Shown here one piece after another: positions 1-11,502 of a DNA stretch of 49,830 nucleotides; position 1 is the stretch's first letter; each line of letters starts with the position of its first letter. Below the pieces are notes generated by a model. It made no database searches. It had not been told where the DNA came from and was given only the letters and a program-made list of their open reading frames with translations. The stretch is from a virus (lineage: Duplodnaviria; Caudoviricetes). The position numbers and the translations under genes are program-made. Location of the stretch: IMG/VR virus record IMGVR_UViG_3300046832_000948, positions 1 to 49,830 of that record; one strand, written 5' to 3'.

Positions 1-3000
1 AAGCTAAATCAGGTCTATGTCCAAGAGCAAAGTTTAGGAATTTACCAGCACCACTAGTTGGTGTGCCAAATATTTTTGAACCCGGAAGCCATCCGTTAGG
101 AAGAAATGCTGATAATCCCCAGAATTTAGCTGCAAAGTTTTTAGGATTCATTGCTGTCAATCTATAGTTTTGTAGCATTACACGGGCAAAGTCTCCGCTT
201 AAGATTAATGCTTTAGCACCAGACGTCAACTCGTGATAGATGCCTAATGCTGTTACGGCTCCACGTTTAGTAAATGGATTATTTAAAAAAGGTAGGCTTG
301 CAACACCACCTGTAGGTACACCTATGGTAGCCGGATGAGGAGTTGGCTTACCTGTTGGTCCACTGGCGCTAAACATAGTTCGTGACACGTAATCGTAATC
401 AGCATCAGGGATGCTAACGTAAATGTCTCTATCTTTAGCGGTCACTCCAACCTTAGTAATAGATGGATCTGCCTCGCGTTTTAAAATAACACGTTGTGGC
501 TGTGGTACAGATAACGCTTTTTCCAATGCACGTGTAGATGCAGTCTGATTGTATTGATCTCGCAACGCTGGGTCTTGAGCTTGTTCTGGAGATAAGTCAA
601 ATGGCATTTTGAAATACGCCATTTCTTCTGGTGTCATTTCTTGATTATCGTAATGACCTTCCTCAACACCATCACTCATCCACGTCTTTGTTCTGTTATG
701 TTCGACACGTGGATTTTCCATAGCGTCAGCGATACTAGCTTCTTTATCGCCTTCTAATAGACGTTGCCGAGCTAACGTGTCTGTAGCATTTTTCCTCTTC
801 CACGCATTTGGGACTTGCCCACTATCATCAATTAATGCACGACTAACTAACAACTTGGCAATGTGTACCTCGCGTGGAACAACTACAGTATTACCAACAG
901 AGTCTTTTGCCGTTTGCTCTAATGATGGATTACTTAAGAATGCTCGTCGCAATAAATCATTGACAGGTTGTTGAAGTAATCGTTGGTTATTAACCCACAC
1001 GTCTTGATTTTCACCTGTAATGTATCCACTCTTATACGAATGTTGTAATTCACTTACATTGATCTTCTCAAACTGATCTCCAAATTGAGTATTTCTGTTG
1101 TCCATAGACTTGCCAGTTTTGTTTACTCGGAAGATTCGCAGGTTAGGCGTAAGCTGATTTCCATCCTCGTCATGAGTGCGATTGTCTATTCCAAATGGAC
1201 GTACAACATCAATGCTTCCACTAGCATTTAATGCATTACGTTCTTCTGGAGATAAGTTTAAATCGCGTAATGCGTATGGAGTAGGCTCATTTGTAGTTGA
1301 ACGCAAAGCCACTTGACGGTTTGGGTTGTACAAGGCAAACATCTGACTGAATGGACTAGCGTCAATGTAGGCTCCAGTACTTACATCACGAGCAACAGAT
1401 TCCACAAAGTTGCGTGGATTATTTAGATTAACTCTAAACGTTGCTCCATCTGGACTCTGTACAATTACAGACGTCGTATTGCCAGTGGCTCCCCTAAATG
1501 ATTCTTGGCCATCTAGTAATGACCAATCCTTCCATGCATAGAGTGCCCTGCCAAGTTCACGGCTCTGAGCATCAAGTGTGTGCGCTACAGCAAGAAATTC
1601 ACTAAATGCGCTATTCTTTGCCTGTACTGCAAGACGATATCGTTCGCGCTCCTCAACGTCATACACTATGTCACCATAATTGTTTACGTCTGTGTCAGAA
1701 GTTAATCGCTGTAAGAACAAACGTTTGCTCTCAACTGAATTACCATAAGCAGCATTCATCAGTGAATCAAGAGCGTACATAGCCATTGTTGGTTTAGCTG
1801 AATTTAACTCATACGGCGCATCGATCTTACCGGTCTCAATGAATGGAAGAAGTACGTTATTCCACAGGTTGTCATACGACGTATAAACACTAGTAAGGTC
1901 ACTGTTCGACAATGATAAACGATCATTGCGTAAAACCTGCAACATCATGTCTCGGACATGGTACTCGGAACCATCTTCCATTGTTACTGAATCAGGAATA
2001 CCAGCAAGTCCAAGTGCTCTATCAATACGTATGTTTGGAGATACACGTACATCACCACGAGTATTCAACGCTACATATGCATCAGCAAGCTTGTTGCGCA
2101 ACACGTCTATGTCACCTTCGTCACCAAGCATAGACTTAAATACGGTATACATTGCATTCATTTCAGGAGAGTCAGGCTCAATTGTGAATGATGTAGTTTG
2201 ATATGTATCTGCAGCATCGTGCCTAAATAACATCTGTTCGGCAATATACGGAGCAAGGACATTACTAATTTCATCATTTAATGACTGAATGAATCGTTCA
2301 CCTTCCTCTGTCAATACCTGTTCACCATCTATGTCAACGCTGAATTCATTAAGTAGCATTTTAGACACAACAGCTTCAAACTGAGCTGCTCCATCTAAAA
2401 CTAATGGCTGCATAGACGTACGACTTGCCTTAATCGCTTTGTATTCAGAACTCTTAAAGTACGCGTCCAGTGCCTCACCTACAGGAGTTTGAGTGCGCAA
2501 AGTAAATGACTTAGCATCTCCAGTAAGTAATTTTCCTTGTAACTCATTCTGTTTTTTCCATCGGACATTTCCCGTTGTGTTGTATACAACACGTCCTAAT
2601 TTACGTGTAAGGTCATACACAAGAGCAGAAAACTTAGGGTCAAACTCCTGCGTATACCCAACCAGAATTGGGTCATATTGACTTTGAGCATCAGGTCGTA
2701 AAGCACCTTCCCCAACTAAAAATCTAAATTGAGTAGGGAAGTTCTTTTGAGATCGCGTCGGTCCACCAACACGTGCAATAACTGGTGCTTCAACTATATA
2801 CGCATACTCATGTTGCCCAGCAACAGCGTAATCTAAAACACGTGGATTATCGGACTGTACACGGACACGCGGTTTAAACCATCCATCTTCATCAGCTTCA
2901 CCACGAACCCATATATTGTCCTTGTCAAAAAACACAGGTTCAAATCCAGCGGTTATAGCCTCGTCAAATGTACGGAATCGAGTCTTAATCACCATCTCCT

Positions 3001-6000
3001 TAACTTGACCAGAGAATGATCGAGATGGCATAGAGTCTGGCGATGTCACATTTGTATCGTTACGGCCATGCTCAGGGAATACTTCTATAGTAGACAGTAA
3101 GTCAGGATTCTGAACCAAATAGGTACGTAACTCTCCGTTTTCAAATGGTAACCATGTTGATCCAACACCGTCACCAATTTGACCATCGTGTTTAAAACCA
3201 AATCTAAATCGGCTACCAGCAAAATCACCAATGGTATTCAACGTTAAGCTGTCTTCGAGTCCTGTAATTAACTGCGTTGGAGACATAATCGCAGATCTAG
3301 TTTCTTGCCTATTAGGTATGTTAATCCTTAAGTAGTCATCTTTTCTTAATTGTGCAAATTCAATCGATCTTGTAAATCCTGTTTGCGGATTCATAATATT
3401 CAACGTGAATTGTTTTGGATTATGAATACGTGTAAATTCATATTTTTGAATAGGAACACGTGAATACCAAGCAGCATGTGGTGTCCCGTTGACATCTTTG
3501 ATTATGTCTAATGGGCGTCTATTCGATATCTGTCGCATTACATAACGCAGCGTTGACCGCATTTGCTGAAAGACTTCAAGTGTTGCCATATCAACAGATG
3601 CAGCAGCGTTTTTTGAGATTGGGACAGTGTAGTCAGAAATGAAGTTCATCATGCTGGTGACAAACTTCTCGTGACCGTGAGATATCCATCCCTCAGAAAG
3701 ATCTTGCCCATTAAAGGTTAATCCCTTAAGTGGAGCCAAAGCCTCATTGAGCGGTAAGGTAGATGACTCTTTAGCAACGCGAACTTGCAACGCTAAAGCT
3801 AACTCTGCGTTATTACGCTTATCCAACACCTTTTGTATTTCATCAATCTTTGTTGGTATTGCATCACGCAACATTCGATTCTCTTTACGAGCTGGTGCAA
3901 GCGCTTCGTTCAAGGCGTCTACAGCTAACCCACCCTTGGTTGACAATTGATCCATAAACGCAACTTGAGTTGGATCATCCATGCCTGTGAACAATGGGTG
4001 GAACATTTCATGAACAAGCGTAAGAGTAGATCGATACTTACTGTTCCCATTACTACCAATATAAAGTAATGAGCCTAATGCCTTCTTCTGATTAGTTTGT
4101 AATGTTTGCGTAAATCCATATACGTCACGCTTGTCAACAAACAATGTTGCTTTAGCGCTTGCCGTCTCTAAAATTTCGTCGTTAACCAAGTAAATCTTGT
4201 TATGTGATGTGTAGTACTGCTTCTTATATTTAGCAGTTAAATACGACATGATGTACGTTTTTTGTGATGGATCTAAGTCAGACAAGAAGCGGGTGGCTAG
4301 AGTAGTTGGCTCCATAAGCCTATTAATACTCTGCTCACCAATGTTTAATACACGCATCGCCTCTGCAATGTCTAACTTAAATTCATTACTGTTAGAATTA
4401 ATCTTTACCTCTAAGTGATCAACAGCAAACGAATTTGCATGTATGTCATATAGATTTGCTAAGTTGTCAGCTAATTGCTGTATTGCAACTCGTTCCATTT
4501 GCTGCTTAGTCTCAGCAGAGCGTCGTGCATCTCCTGACTCACCCATTGCGTAATCGTTATATGCATCACGCGCACGAGTTATTGCCTCGATGATTGGTCT
4601 TTCCCTCTCAGTTGCTGAGTCAATCGGAGGCAATTGGTTATTAAGGATGTCATCGTAAAGAGTAACTAACTGTGCTGCTGTGTCGATAGGGATATCAGAC
4701 ATGCGTAACGGCAAGTGCGCTAAACGTACTTGCGAGTGATTTACAACTGGATCACTAGATGATGCTGAATATGCAGATGCGTCATCATTACCAGATTTAA
4801 ATTGAATGCCTTTTGTATTTAGTGTTGAAAGCAATCGCCTCGCTGTAAATGCAGGGTCACTGGAAACACGTAAGTCATATGAAGAACCGATCTGTGCTGA
4901 CAATGGAGTATCAACTAATGCATTATTAGTTTCCGGATTGAGCATGTTCATGACAGAGTCAATTAGTGCTGCCTTCTCTTCCGGATTCGTCATTGCAATG
5001 TCGTTTAAACGTTGTCGCAAGTTATCGTAATATTTCTCAACAGTCTTCCCAGTAAACACTGCTACTTCTGGCATGTTTTGAAGTTCATATATGGCAATTT
5101 CGACAGCTGCCTTTAATGTTCTACTGGCACGAGGAAGTACATCTGTCTCAAGTTTACGCAAAGCCATCCGTGTAAACTTGCGAATATATGTAGCAGAATC
5201 GTCATCTACAAGTAAGTTTGTGAACTTACCATTAGCCTTCTTTAGCTTCTCCGCCATATATGTAGGATCAGCGTAGGAATCAGCAATTGCTTTTTTAATA
5301 TTCGTTTGATTTTGTTCTAATGAGTTGACGGCTGCTTCAACGTCTGCATACTTAAAGTTCCGAGCAAGCATCGTACGCATCAATACACGCATACCTGCAA
5401 GGTTGCCAGCCGTATATGCAACTATACTTTGATCTTCAGGCTTCTCAATAGTAATCATTCCACCAAAGCTATCAGGAGATGATATTACTTCGGCGGCTAT
5501 CTCTGGTACATCACTAACAAACCTACGGACGGCTGGATCCATACTGTCAGGCGAAACAACCATCATGTCATCATCAGTAACATTAACTGGCTCTGACTTG
5601 TTAGATGGATTTAATGCATCAATAGATGCAATAGATTTTGCTACTTCTGGACTAATCTTGTACTTCTCTGCAAATACTTCGGGAGACAACGAGCCTAGCT
5701 GTAACTCGATAACATCAGTCATAGATGCCGATGCAAACGCTTCGGCTTCTGCCATACCAGAGCGCAGTCTACGAACTTCATCTGTAGCTAAGATGTTACG
5801 TACGGACGAGTCAGTGGTTAAACTGTTGGCAATTTCATTAGTAATTACACTGTTAGATCTAGAAAGACTCATATACATCTGATGCAGAGCAAGCATGTCC
5901 ACAATAGATATCGATGATGGGTCTAGCTTTTGTAATTCAGTTTTTAATCTAACACCAGCAGAATCAAGACGATCATATAAAGTGCTAAGCGCAATATTTG

Positions 6001-9000
6001 ATCTTTCAGTTACTTTCTGTGCGTCCGCAAGTTGTCGTTGTAACACTTCGCGTTCATTTACTAATTCATCAATATTGCCACCGGATCGACGAGCATCAGC
6101 AAGTCGTTGTTCTAACTTACGTAATTCAGCTCTCCAGAATTCAACGTCTTCATCTGGTAATTTACCAACTTCATCTAAAGCAGCTCCTGCTTCACCTTCA
6201 GTTTCGCCTCTTCCGCCATCTCGTTCAAACTCATTTGATACAACCTGTATGTCATCTGTAGATATAATTCGCATACGCAAATTTTTAATATTATCCACAA
6301 AGTCATCGATGGCGTCACCAAGTGCATTAGTTTCTTTAAATCCAGAAACATCAGCACCAAATATATCAGTGCGAACAAATGCCTCATCAGACTCACCAAC
6401 AAGCTGTGTATCAGGTTGCATCTGGCGCAACATCTGCAATGTGGTTGTAGTTAGCTTGAAAATAGAATCAAATTGTTCAGCCACCAATCTGTCGCGTTCT
6501 GCGTACAGTGCTTGTTTCGCTTGAGTGTCATCTGGATTTTCTCTCTGCAGACGCTCAATCCTAGCGCGTACATCACGTACTCGTGGGCTATTATCTATCC
6601 TGCTTTTTAAGTTTGTAAATGACCTGTCTAAACCAAACAGTTGATTGGCTTGCTTAGCAAACGTTTCAAATAAGGCAATGTGTTTCCGTTGTTGTGCTTC
6701 GGATAATGTCATCCCGCTTTCTTTAACGAGATTACTTAGTGATTTATCATAATGGCGTTCAGCACTAAGTGCCTTTAAATTAGCTGGTTGATCCTCTGCA
6801 ACAACTTCCCCATTGACAACAATATCTTTTCGTAATCGTGCGTCACGAGGTCCATCACTGTCGTATTCTGCCAAAGCTTCCATGTCACTAGGTAACAACA
6901 TGTCAAGTTCTTGCACGACAGATGTAATTTTCCCAATAGCGTTAGACTTCTGCTCAGCTGATAGGTTAGGATTTTCTTCAATAGAACTAATGATTTGATC
7001 ATGAAATGCACGTAGTTCAGGAGCATACGAAATATTGTTTGTTTGCTCAGTTCTACCTTCGGCATCACGCATAAAATCGCCAGAAGAAATCTTATTGTTA
7101 ATTTGATCAACTACAACTTGAGGTAGGAATGTGTCATACATGTATGACATCGAGTCATTCTGGAAGTTTATTGCCTCTAGTCGGTTGGTTCGCAATCCAC
7201 GTCTAACCATTGCTCTGGTAGTGTCATTAGCCATGTGGAACATAAACTCTAATCCTGCATTGCGCAAGCGAGCATATACGACATCAGACATTTTGTATTT
7301 TTGAGTTTGCCCCTCTACTTCAACCTCACGTTCTGAAGTAATAAGGTCACGAATATCTTTTATGGCTTTATCAAACTTAGATTCAGAACCCCAGAAGTCA
7401 AGGATTGAATCAGGCAGGATGCTATCGCCACGCACAAGGCTTCTAATACCTGCGTCTTGTACAGCACTGATTGCTCTTCCTAATGTTGCTTGAGCAGCAT
7501 GATTTGAACCTGATAATTTTGTTACATGCCATAGGTCTTGCATGTAATAAAAAACGTGTGGTGCTATACCGCGTAGGTTTTGAGCAAACTCAATAATTTT
7601 TGCCTTGCTCAGATTTGCAATATCTGCATCTAAACTGCGGACAGAAGCTTTGAATAAATCCTCATCGGACATTGACTCAGCTCGCATCATAAGCATGTTC
7701 ATGCGACGCGCAATCTGAAGCATTCCAGCTTTCTGAGAAATAGAACGTGGAGAAGCTGCAAACCTAGTGCCATTAATTGCTGCTACAGATGCCCATATAG
7801 CATGAACACCGTATAGCGTCTGATTGAACCCTCTGCTTGAAAAGACTTCAGTGGCTTTCCTAAACTTAGCAATAGGGACTTCTTTGCCCGGAGCCATGAT
7901 CTCATTCATGACTTGTGCCATTACGTCATAAACACCCTCTGGTGTGTTACGCGTGGCCCATTCAATTAGACCTAATTGAATACCTTCGACTGTTGCACGA
8001 CTATTTACAATTGCATCTAGGACAACGTCAAAAATCTTTTCAGGTGTAGCATTAGCTATGTCTTGTTTGCGGTCTACTGTTTCAGTTGCTGTCAGCAATC
8101 GTGCTATAGCTTCTTCATCAGATACTGTCATTTCAACTGGACGTAACGGGTTCTTGTTAGAACCAGCAGAATATTCGTCATACTGTGACTGAAGTAATTC
8201 ACGACTAATATTTTTATCCGAAAGGATGAACCGATCAGCAGAAAGTGTGTATGCAGCACCAGTAGGGTCAGTAATATCTTTTACTGTAGCCATGCCGTTA
8301 TCTGCTTTTACTACAACTCCTTCTGTTACATCATTAGGATTAGTTTCATCGCTTGCAAAAAGTACGCGATCTCCAGCTTTTAACTCAACATCATTTACGT
8401 AACGACCAGTTTCTGGGTCTAGGCGCAAGGCTTTATCGCCGGTTAGTCTGCTCCCAGAAATCTCATCGATAAGCACAGACATAATCTCTTGTGCTTTAAC
8501 CGCATCAGGTGCATCTGACTCTAAGATTTCACGTACTACACCCTGTATCTCGGTAGGCATTTCAACACGCGTACGTGTGCCGAGGTTATGCACATCAGCG
8601 TCGATGTAACCTTTTCCATTTTTTACAAATGACTCTGCTTGTGACAGTACTGTTCTTGTTTGTAACTCTGGGGTTTGAGCGACATCAGATTCAGTAAGTG
8701 GAGCTAACTTTTTATTTCCAGTCTCAGTAATTCGACCAAGTGCTACGCCACCATCAGGCAATTGATACAGGCCGATTGGTGTTTGCAGTCCAATGGTGTC
8801 AACGAGCCGACCATTAACCTGTTCTGCTGTTGAGAACTGAATGCGACTAGGAAAATTTTCGCTATCGCCAATATCAAGAACAGGTTCTTTATTTGCAACA
8901 TCGCGACGCATTCCAGTGCGTGTATACACTTCATTGAGTGCGTTAAGTAACCCTTGAGTTCCCGGAATGCCAGACAGGTCTTTCTGCACTTCCTCAAAAG

Positions 9001-11488
9001 ATGCATAGGTGTAGGTGACATCTGTAACTCGTTCACCAGTACGACCTGACGTACCCTTAGACTCCTTGATGACAATAGTGCCATCTGGTCGGATGACGCC
9101 AATGGCTTTAGATACACCACCTCGTATCCACATATTGTTTCTAGGAGAAAACTCCGACTTTAGCGACCGCATGACATTTGTCAGGCGTTCAATTCGTGCG
9201 TTAGCACCTAGTTTGTCTTGATTGATTGGATCAATGATCCGTACGTCTTCTAATCCAGCTTCACCTCTATGTAAGGCTGCGTCACTAAATCGCTTGTTGT
9301 AAACAATGTATTCAGATTGGCCATCCTGTTCACCAATCTTGATGGCATAGAACTTCTTATCTGGTTGTTGTTCTAAGGCAGCTTCTTCACCAGCAAACTT
9401 AGCACCACGTTGCATCATGTCATATTCAGCTGCAATAGCTGGCTCTAACTGACGCGCTAGTTGCGCAACAGCCTTCTTGCGGAATGATGGATCAATGGGA
9501 AACAGATTTTTGTTTACTGCCATTTGATGTAGTGGGCTGTCGTATGGCAAACTTTCGTTATCTCCACGTACACGCATCTGCTTAATAGCTTGATCCGCAG
9601 TAGTAGAGTTAGTACTCTTGCCGTTTAAAATTTCAAAGAATATCTGGTCAAGTGATTTAATTGTTGGTGCAGACCGATCTTGCTGTTGAAACTCTTGTGC
9701 AGCCATTTCATACACCATTGAAGTTACACGCTGTAGATCTTGCGCGTTAGCACCTCGTCCACCACGTAGTGTTTCATAGCGTGAGTTAACACCTAATGCA
9801 TGAAAAGACGCATTATCAATAGCGTCCATGGCAGCAAATTTAGCCTGACTTTTAATGTCAGTGCCTCTATTTAGGTTATTGGCAAACATTGGCTGCAAAG
9901 CCTTGTGTGGTCTAACCGCAACTGCAGTAAGTAATGCAGTAGTTGCCCATTCTTTAGCAGTTGGCGCTTGTACTTGGTCGTTAAATTTGGATCCAATTGT
10001 CCTTGCTACTGGATCGAATATGTTAGTTAAACCAAACGCAACGTCAGGAATTACCTCAGACTGCAAACGTGTGTATTCGTTTAGTAAATTCCTACCTTCT
10101 ACGGAAGCCGGATTTACTTTTGCTATTCGTCCAAAGACACCAGCTTTGCCCAACTGCTTACTAAGCCTAAACATCTGACCGGCATCTTTATATAAACTTG
10201 GCGCACCAAGGCCAAACATACCAAGGGTCATAGCCATGCTCTGTGCTTGCATGTCTTCGCCCTGATTAATTTCTTGCCGTAATTGATACTCGCCCGGAGC
10301 AGAACCTTCGCGCTGCGCTGCTTCTAATGGATTTGCAACATCTTGCAATAACTGATTATTAGTACCTGCCCCAACAGCGCCCACTGCGGTTGGTAGTAAC
10401 ATCCCACCTGCACGTGCAATGTTTAATTGAAGGCTATTCTGTATAACTGGCATCAAGGACTTAGCAACAGCATTACCAACAACTTGCATACCATATAGGT
10501 TTGCCATAGCTAAAGGTGCTTGCTGTGTGACATTTAAAGCGGTAATACGCGCCTTTTGGCGCTCTAGATTTTCAGGATCTCCTGTTAAATCGCTGTACCA
10601 CTGATTAATCCCTAAGTCGTCATACACACGCTGTTTTTCGTCAGCCTGTGACTTTGCTGCCTCTTCAGACTTACCTAATCCACCTGCAATTTGATTTAAC
10701 TTATTTCCAATATTCCCGCCTATGACAGCAGGAGATGATAATGCTTGTGTTGTACCAGCAGCTGAGCCAGAAAATGCCTCAACAAAAGGATCAACATCTT
10801 CTCCTTTTTTTGCTTTATTTTGTAATGATTTAGTTAATTGTTCTTCCCAGCCCGGTTGACCAGAAAGGCGCATAGCCATGCCCATAGGGGCTGTGGCAGC
10901 AGATGCCATATTTCCGTAAACCGTACCGGCAACAGATTTTGCTCCAGCTAATCCTTCTGTAAGCCAGTCAGGAGTTTGCCCTCGTTTAAATGACTCTTTG
11001 CGTAACTCGTATCCTAAGTCACCTCTTGTTTCAGATCGCTTGCGTTGTACTTGCTCAGGATCTAATCCAGCTTCACGTCCAGATACAGTCTTGGGGCCCT
11101 TTGTTTTTTGGGCCTCCATTAATTTCTGGCTAAATTGATTGACTAAATTATCTCTAGTTTTTTTGTCAATAAAACCTTGACGGTAACCTTCTTCAATTTG
11201 CCGCTGTGATTGATTGTTTAAGACAGATGTATAACTTGGACCGCGCAGGGCACTGACTATAGGATCAAGAGTATTGCGTTTGAACTCTGAGCTTTTACGT
11301 TGAGCCTGTGCAATGGAACGAGCATTTTGTTGTGGGTCAAAAGCCACTCCATACTTAAATGCTCGACCTCTAATATTTTTCCTTAAATCATCTTCGATTT
11401 GCATCTTGTTACGCAGAAGCTGATACATTTCAGATTCCGGATGCCAATTGCCGATGTTTAAAAGGTCATCATTAGACTTTGCTTGCAT
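1..11488 (-). CDS. Giant internal virion / DNA-ejection protein (large polyvalent protein-like), >3829 aa, truncated by window edge; contains HExxH zincin motif
   Basis: ATG at 11488 (MQAKSNDDLFKHRQ...) preceded by AAGGA. The same frame is open where checked by hand (N-terminal ~1100 aa, 3998-4012, 3668-3670, 2-58). The ORF track lists no long minus ORF here, as expected if one frame has no stop before the edge. It follows the ejection genes. Confidence 0.88.
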   Translation of the reverse strand, partial: MQAKSNDDLLNIGNWHPESEMYQLLRNKMQIEDDLRKNIRGRAFKYGVAFDPQQNARSIAQAQRKSSEFKRNTLDPIVSALRGPSYTSVLNNQSQRQIEEGYRQGFIDKKTRDNLVNQFSQKLMEAQKTKGPKTVSGREAGLDPEQVQRKRSETRGDLGYELRKESFKRGQTPDWLTEGLAGAKSVAGTVYGNMASAATAPMGMAMRLSGQPGWEEQLTKSLQNKAKKGEDVDPFVEAFSGSAAGTTQALSSPAVIGGNIGNKLNQIAGGLGKSEEAAKSQADEKQRVYDDLGINQWYSDLTGDPENLERQKARITALNVTQQAPLAMANLYGMQVVGNAVAKSLMPVIQNSLQLNIARAGGMLLPTAVGAVGAGTNNQLLQDVANPLEAAQREGSAPGEYQLRQEINQGEDMQAQSMAMTLGMFGLGAPSLYKDAGQMFRLSKQLGKAGVFGRIAKVNPASVEGRNLLNEYTRLQSEVIPDVAFGLTNIFDPVARTIGSKFNDQVQAPTAKEWATTALLTAVAVRPHKALQPMFANNLNRGTDIKSQAKFAAMDAIDNASFHALGVNSRYETLRGGRGANAQDLQRVTSMVYEMAAQEFQQQDRSAPTIKSLDQIFFEILNGKSTNSTTADQAIKQMRVRGDNESLPYDSPLHQMAVNKNLFPIDPSFRKKAVAQLARQLEPAIAAEYDMMQRGAKFAGEEAALEQQPDKKFYAIKIGEQDGQSEYIVYNKRFSDAALHRGEAGLEDVRIIDPINQDKLGANARIERLTNVMRSLKSEFSPRNNMWIRGGVSKAIGVIRPDGTIVIKESKGTSGRTGERVTDVTYTYASFEEVQKDLSGIPGTQGLLNALNEVYTRTGMRRDVANKEPVLDIGDSENFPSRIQFSTAEQVNGRLVDTIGLQTPIGLYQLPDGGVALGRITETGNKKLAPLTESDVAQTPELQTRTVLSQAESFVKNGKGYIDADVHNLGTRTRVEMPTEIQGVVREILESDAPDAVKAQEIMSVLIDEISGSRLTGDKALRLDPETGRYVNDVELKAGDRVLFASDETNPNDVTEGVVVKADNGMATVKDITDPTGAAYTLSADRFILSDKNISRELLQSQYDEYSAGSNKNPLRPVEMTVSDEEAIARLLTATETVDRKQDIANATPEKIFDVVLDAIVNSRATVEGIQLGLIEWATRNTPEGVYDVMAQVMNEIMAPGKEVPIAKFRKATEVFSSRGFNQTLYGVHAIWASVAAINGTRFAASPRSISQKAGMLQIARRMNMLMMRAESMSDEDLFKASVRSLDADIANLSKAKIIEFAQNLRGIAPHVFYYMQDLWHVTKLSGSNHAAQATLGRAISAVQDAGIRSLVRGDSILPDSILDFWGSESKFDKAIKDIRDLITSEREVEVEGQTQKYKMSDVVYARLRNAGLEFMFHMANDTTRAMVRRGLRTNRLEAINFQNDSMSYMYDTFLPQVVVDQINNKISSGDFMRDAEGRTEQTNNISYAPELRAFHDQIISSIEENPNLSAEQKSNAIGKITSVVQELDMLLPSDMEALAEYDSDGPRDARLRKDIVVNGEVVAEDQPANLKALSAERHYDKSLSNLVKESGMTLSEAQQRKHIALFETFAKQANQLFGLDRSFTNLKSRIDNSPRVRDVRARIERLQRENPDDTQAKQALYAERDRLVAEQFDSIFKLTTTTLQMLRQMQPDTQLVGESDEAFVRTDIFGADVSGFKETNALGDAIDDFVDNIKNLRMRIISTDDIQVVSNEFERDGGRGETEGEAGAALDEVGKLPDEDVEFWRAELRKLEQRLADARRSGGNIDELVNEREVLQRQLADAQKVTERSNIALSTLYDRLDSAGVRLKTELQKLDPSSISIVDMLALHQMYMSLSRSNSVITNEIANSLTTDSSVRNILATDEVRRLRSGMAEAEAFASASMTDVIELQLGSLSPEVFAEKYKISPEVAKSIASIDALNPSNKSEPVNVTDDDMMVVSPDSMDPAVRRFVSDVPEIAAEVISSPDSFGGMITIEKPEDQSIVAYTAGNLAGMRVLMRTMLARNFKYADVEAAVNSLEQNQTNIKKAIADSYADPTYMAEKLKKANGKFTNLLVDDDSATYIRKFTRMALRKLETDVLPRASRTLKAAVEIAIYELQNMPEVAVFTGKTVEKYYDNLRQRLNDIAMTNPEEKAALIDSVMNMLNPETNNALVDTPLSAQIGSSYDLRVSSDPAFTARRLLSTLNTKGIQFKSGNDDASAYSASSSDPVVNHSQVRLAHLPLRMSDIPIDTAAQLVTLYDDILNNQLPPIDSATERERPIIEAITRARDAYNDYAMGESGDARRSAETKQQMERVAIQQLADNLANLYDIHANSFAVDHLEVKINSNSNEFKLDIAEAMRVLNIGEQSINRLMEPTTLATRFLSDLDPSQKTYIMSYLTAKYKKQYYTSHNKIYLVNDEILETASAKATLFVDKRDVYGFTQTLQTNQKKALGSLLYIGSNGNSKYRSTLTLVHEMFHPLFTGMDDPTQVAFMDQLSTKGGLAVDALNEALAPARKENRMLRDAIPTKIDEIQKVLDKRNNAELALALQVRVAKESSTLPLNEALAPLKGLTFNGQDLSEGWISHGHEKFVTSMMNFISDYTVPISKNAAASVDMATLEVFQQMRSTLRYVMRQISNRRPLDIIKDVNGTPHAAWYSRVPIQKYEFTRIHNPKQFTLNIMNPQTGFTRSIEFAQLRKDDYLRINIPNRQETRSAIMSPTQLITGLEDSLTLNTIGDFAGSRFRFGFKHDGQIGDGVGSTWLPFENGELRTYLVQNPDLLSTIEVFPEHGRNDTNVTSPDSMPSRSFSGQVKEMVIKTRFRTFDEAITAGFEPVFFDKDNIWVRGEADEDGWFKPRVRVQSDNPRVLDYAVAGQHEYAYIVEAPVIARVGGPTRSQKNFPTQFRFLVGEGALRPDAQSQYDPILVGYTQEFDPKFSALVYDLTRKLGRVVYNTTGNVRWKKQNELQGKLLTGDAKSFTLRTQTPVGEALDAYFKSSEYKAIKASRTSMQPLVLDGAAQFEAVVSKMLLNEFSVDIDGEQVLTEEGERFIQSLNDEISNVLAPYIAEQMLFRHDAADTYQTTSFTIEPDSPEMNAMYTVFKSMLGDEGDIDVLRNKLADAYVALNTRGDVRVSPNIRIDRALGLAGIPDSVTMEDGSEYHVRDMMLQVLRNDRLSLSNSDLTSVYTSYDNLWNNVLLPFIETGKIDAPYELNSAKPTMAMYALDSLMNAAYGNSVESKRLFLQRLTSDTDVNNYGDIVYDVEERERYRLAVQAKNSAFSEFLAVAHTLDAQSRELGRALYAWKDWSLLDGQESFRGATGNTTSVIVQSPDGATFRVNLNNPRNFVESVARDVSTGAYIDASPFSQMFALYNPNRQVALRSTTNEPTPYALRDLNLSPEERNALNASGSIDVVRPFGIDNRTHDEDGNQLTPNLRIFRVNKTGKSMDNRNTQFGDQFEKINVSELQHSYKSGYITGENQDVWVNNQRLLQQPVNDLLRRAFLSNPSLEQTAKDSVGNTVVVPREVHIAKLLVSRALIDDSGQVPNAWKRKNATDTLARQRLLEGDKEASIADAMENPRVEHNRTKTWMSDGVEEGHYDNQEMTPEEMAYFKMPFDLSPEQAQDPALRDQYNQTASTRALEKALSVPQPQRVILKREADPSITKVGVTAKDRDIYVSIPDADYDYVSRTMFSASGPTGKPTPHPATIGVPTGGVASLPFLNNPFTKRGAVTALGIYHELTSGAKALILSGDFARVMLQNYRLTAMNPKNFAAKFWGLSAFLPNGWLPGSKIFGTPTSGAGKFLNFALGHRPDLA

Positions 11489-11502
11489 GTATAGTTATAT
11501 CC

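Noticed and set aside
1-11488. Giant ORF as a virion RNA polymerase
   Set aside because: I did not spot a DxDxD or T7/N4-type catalytic motif in the parts translated by hand; left unassigned rather than excluded.
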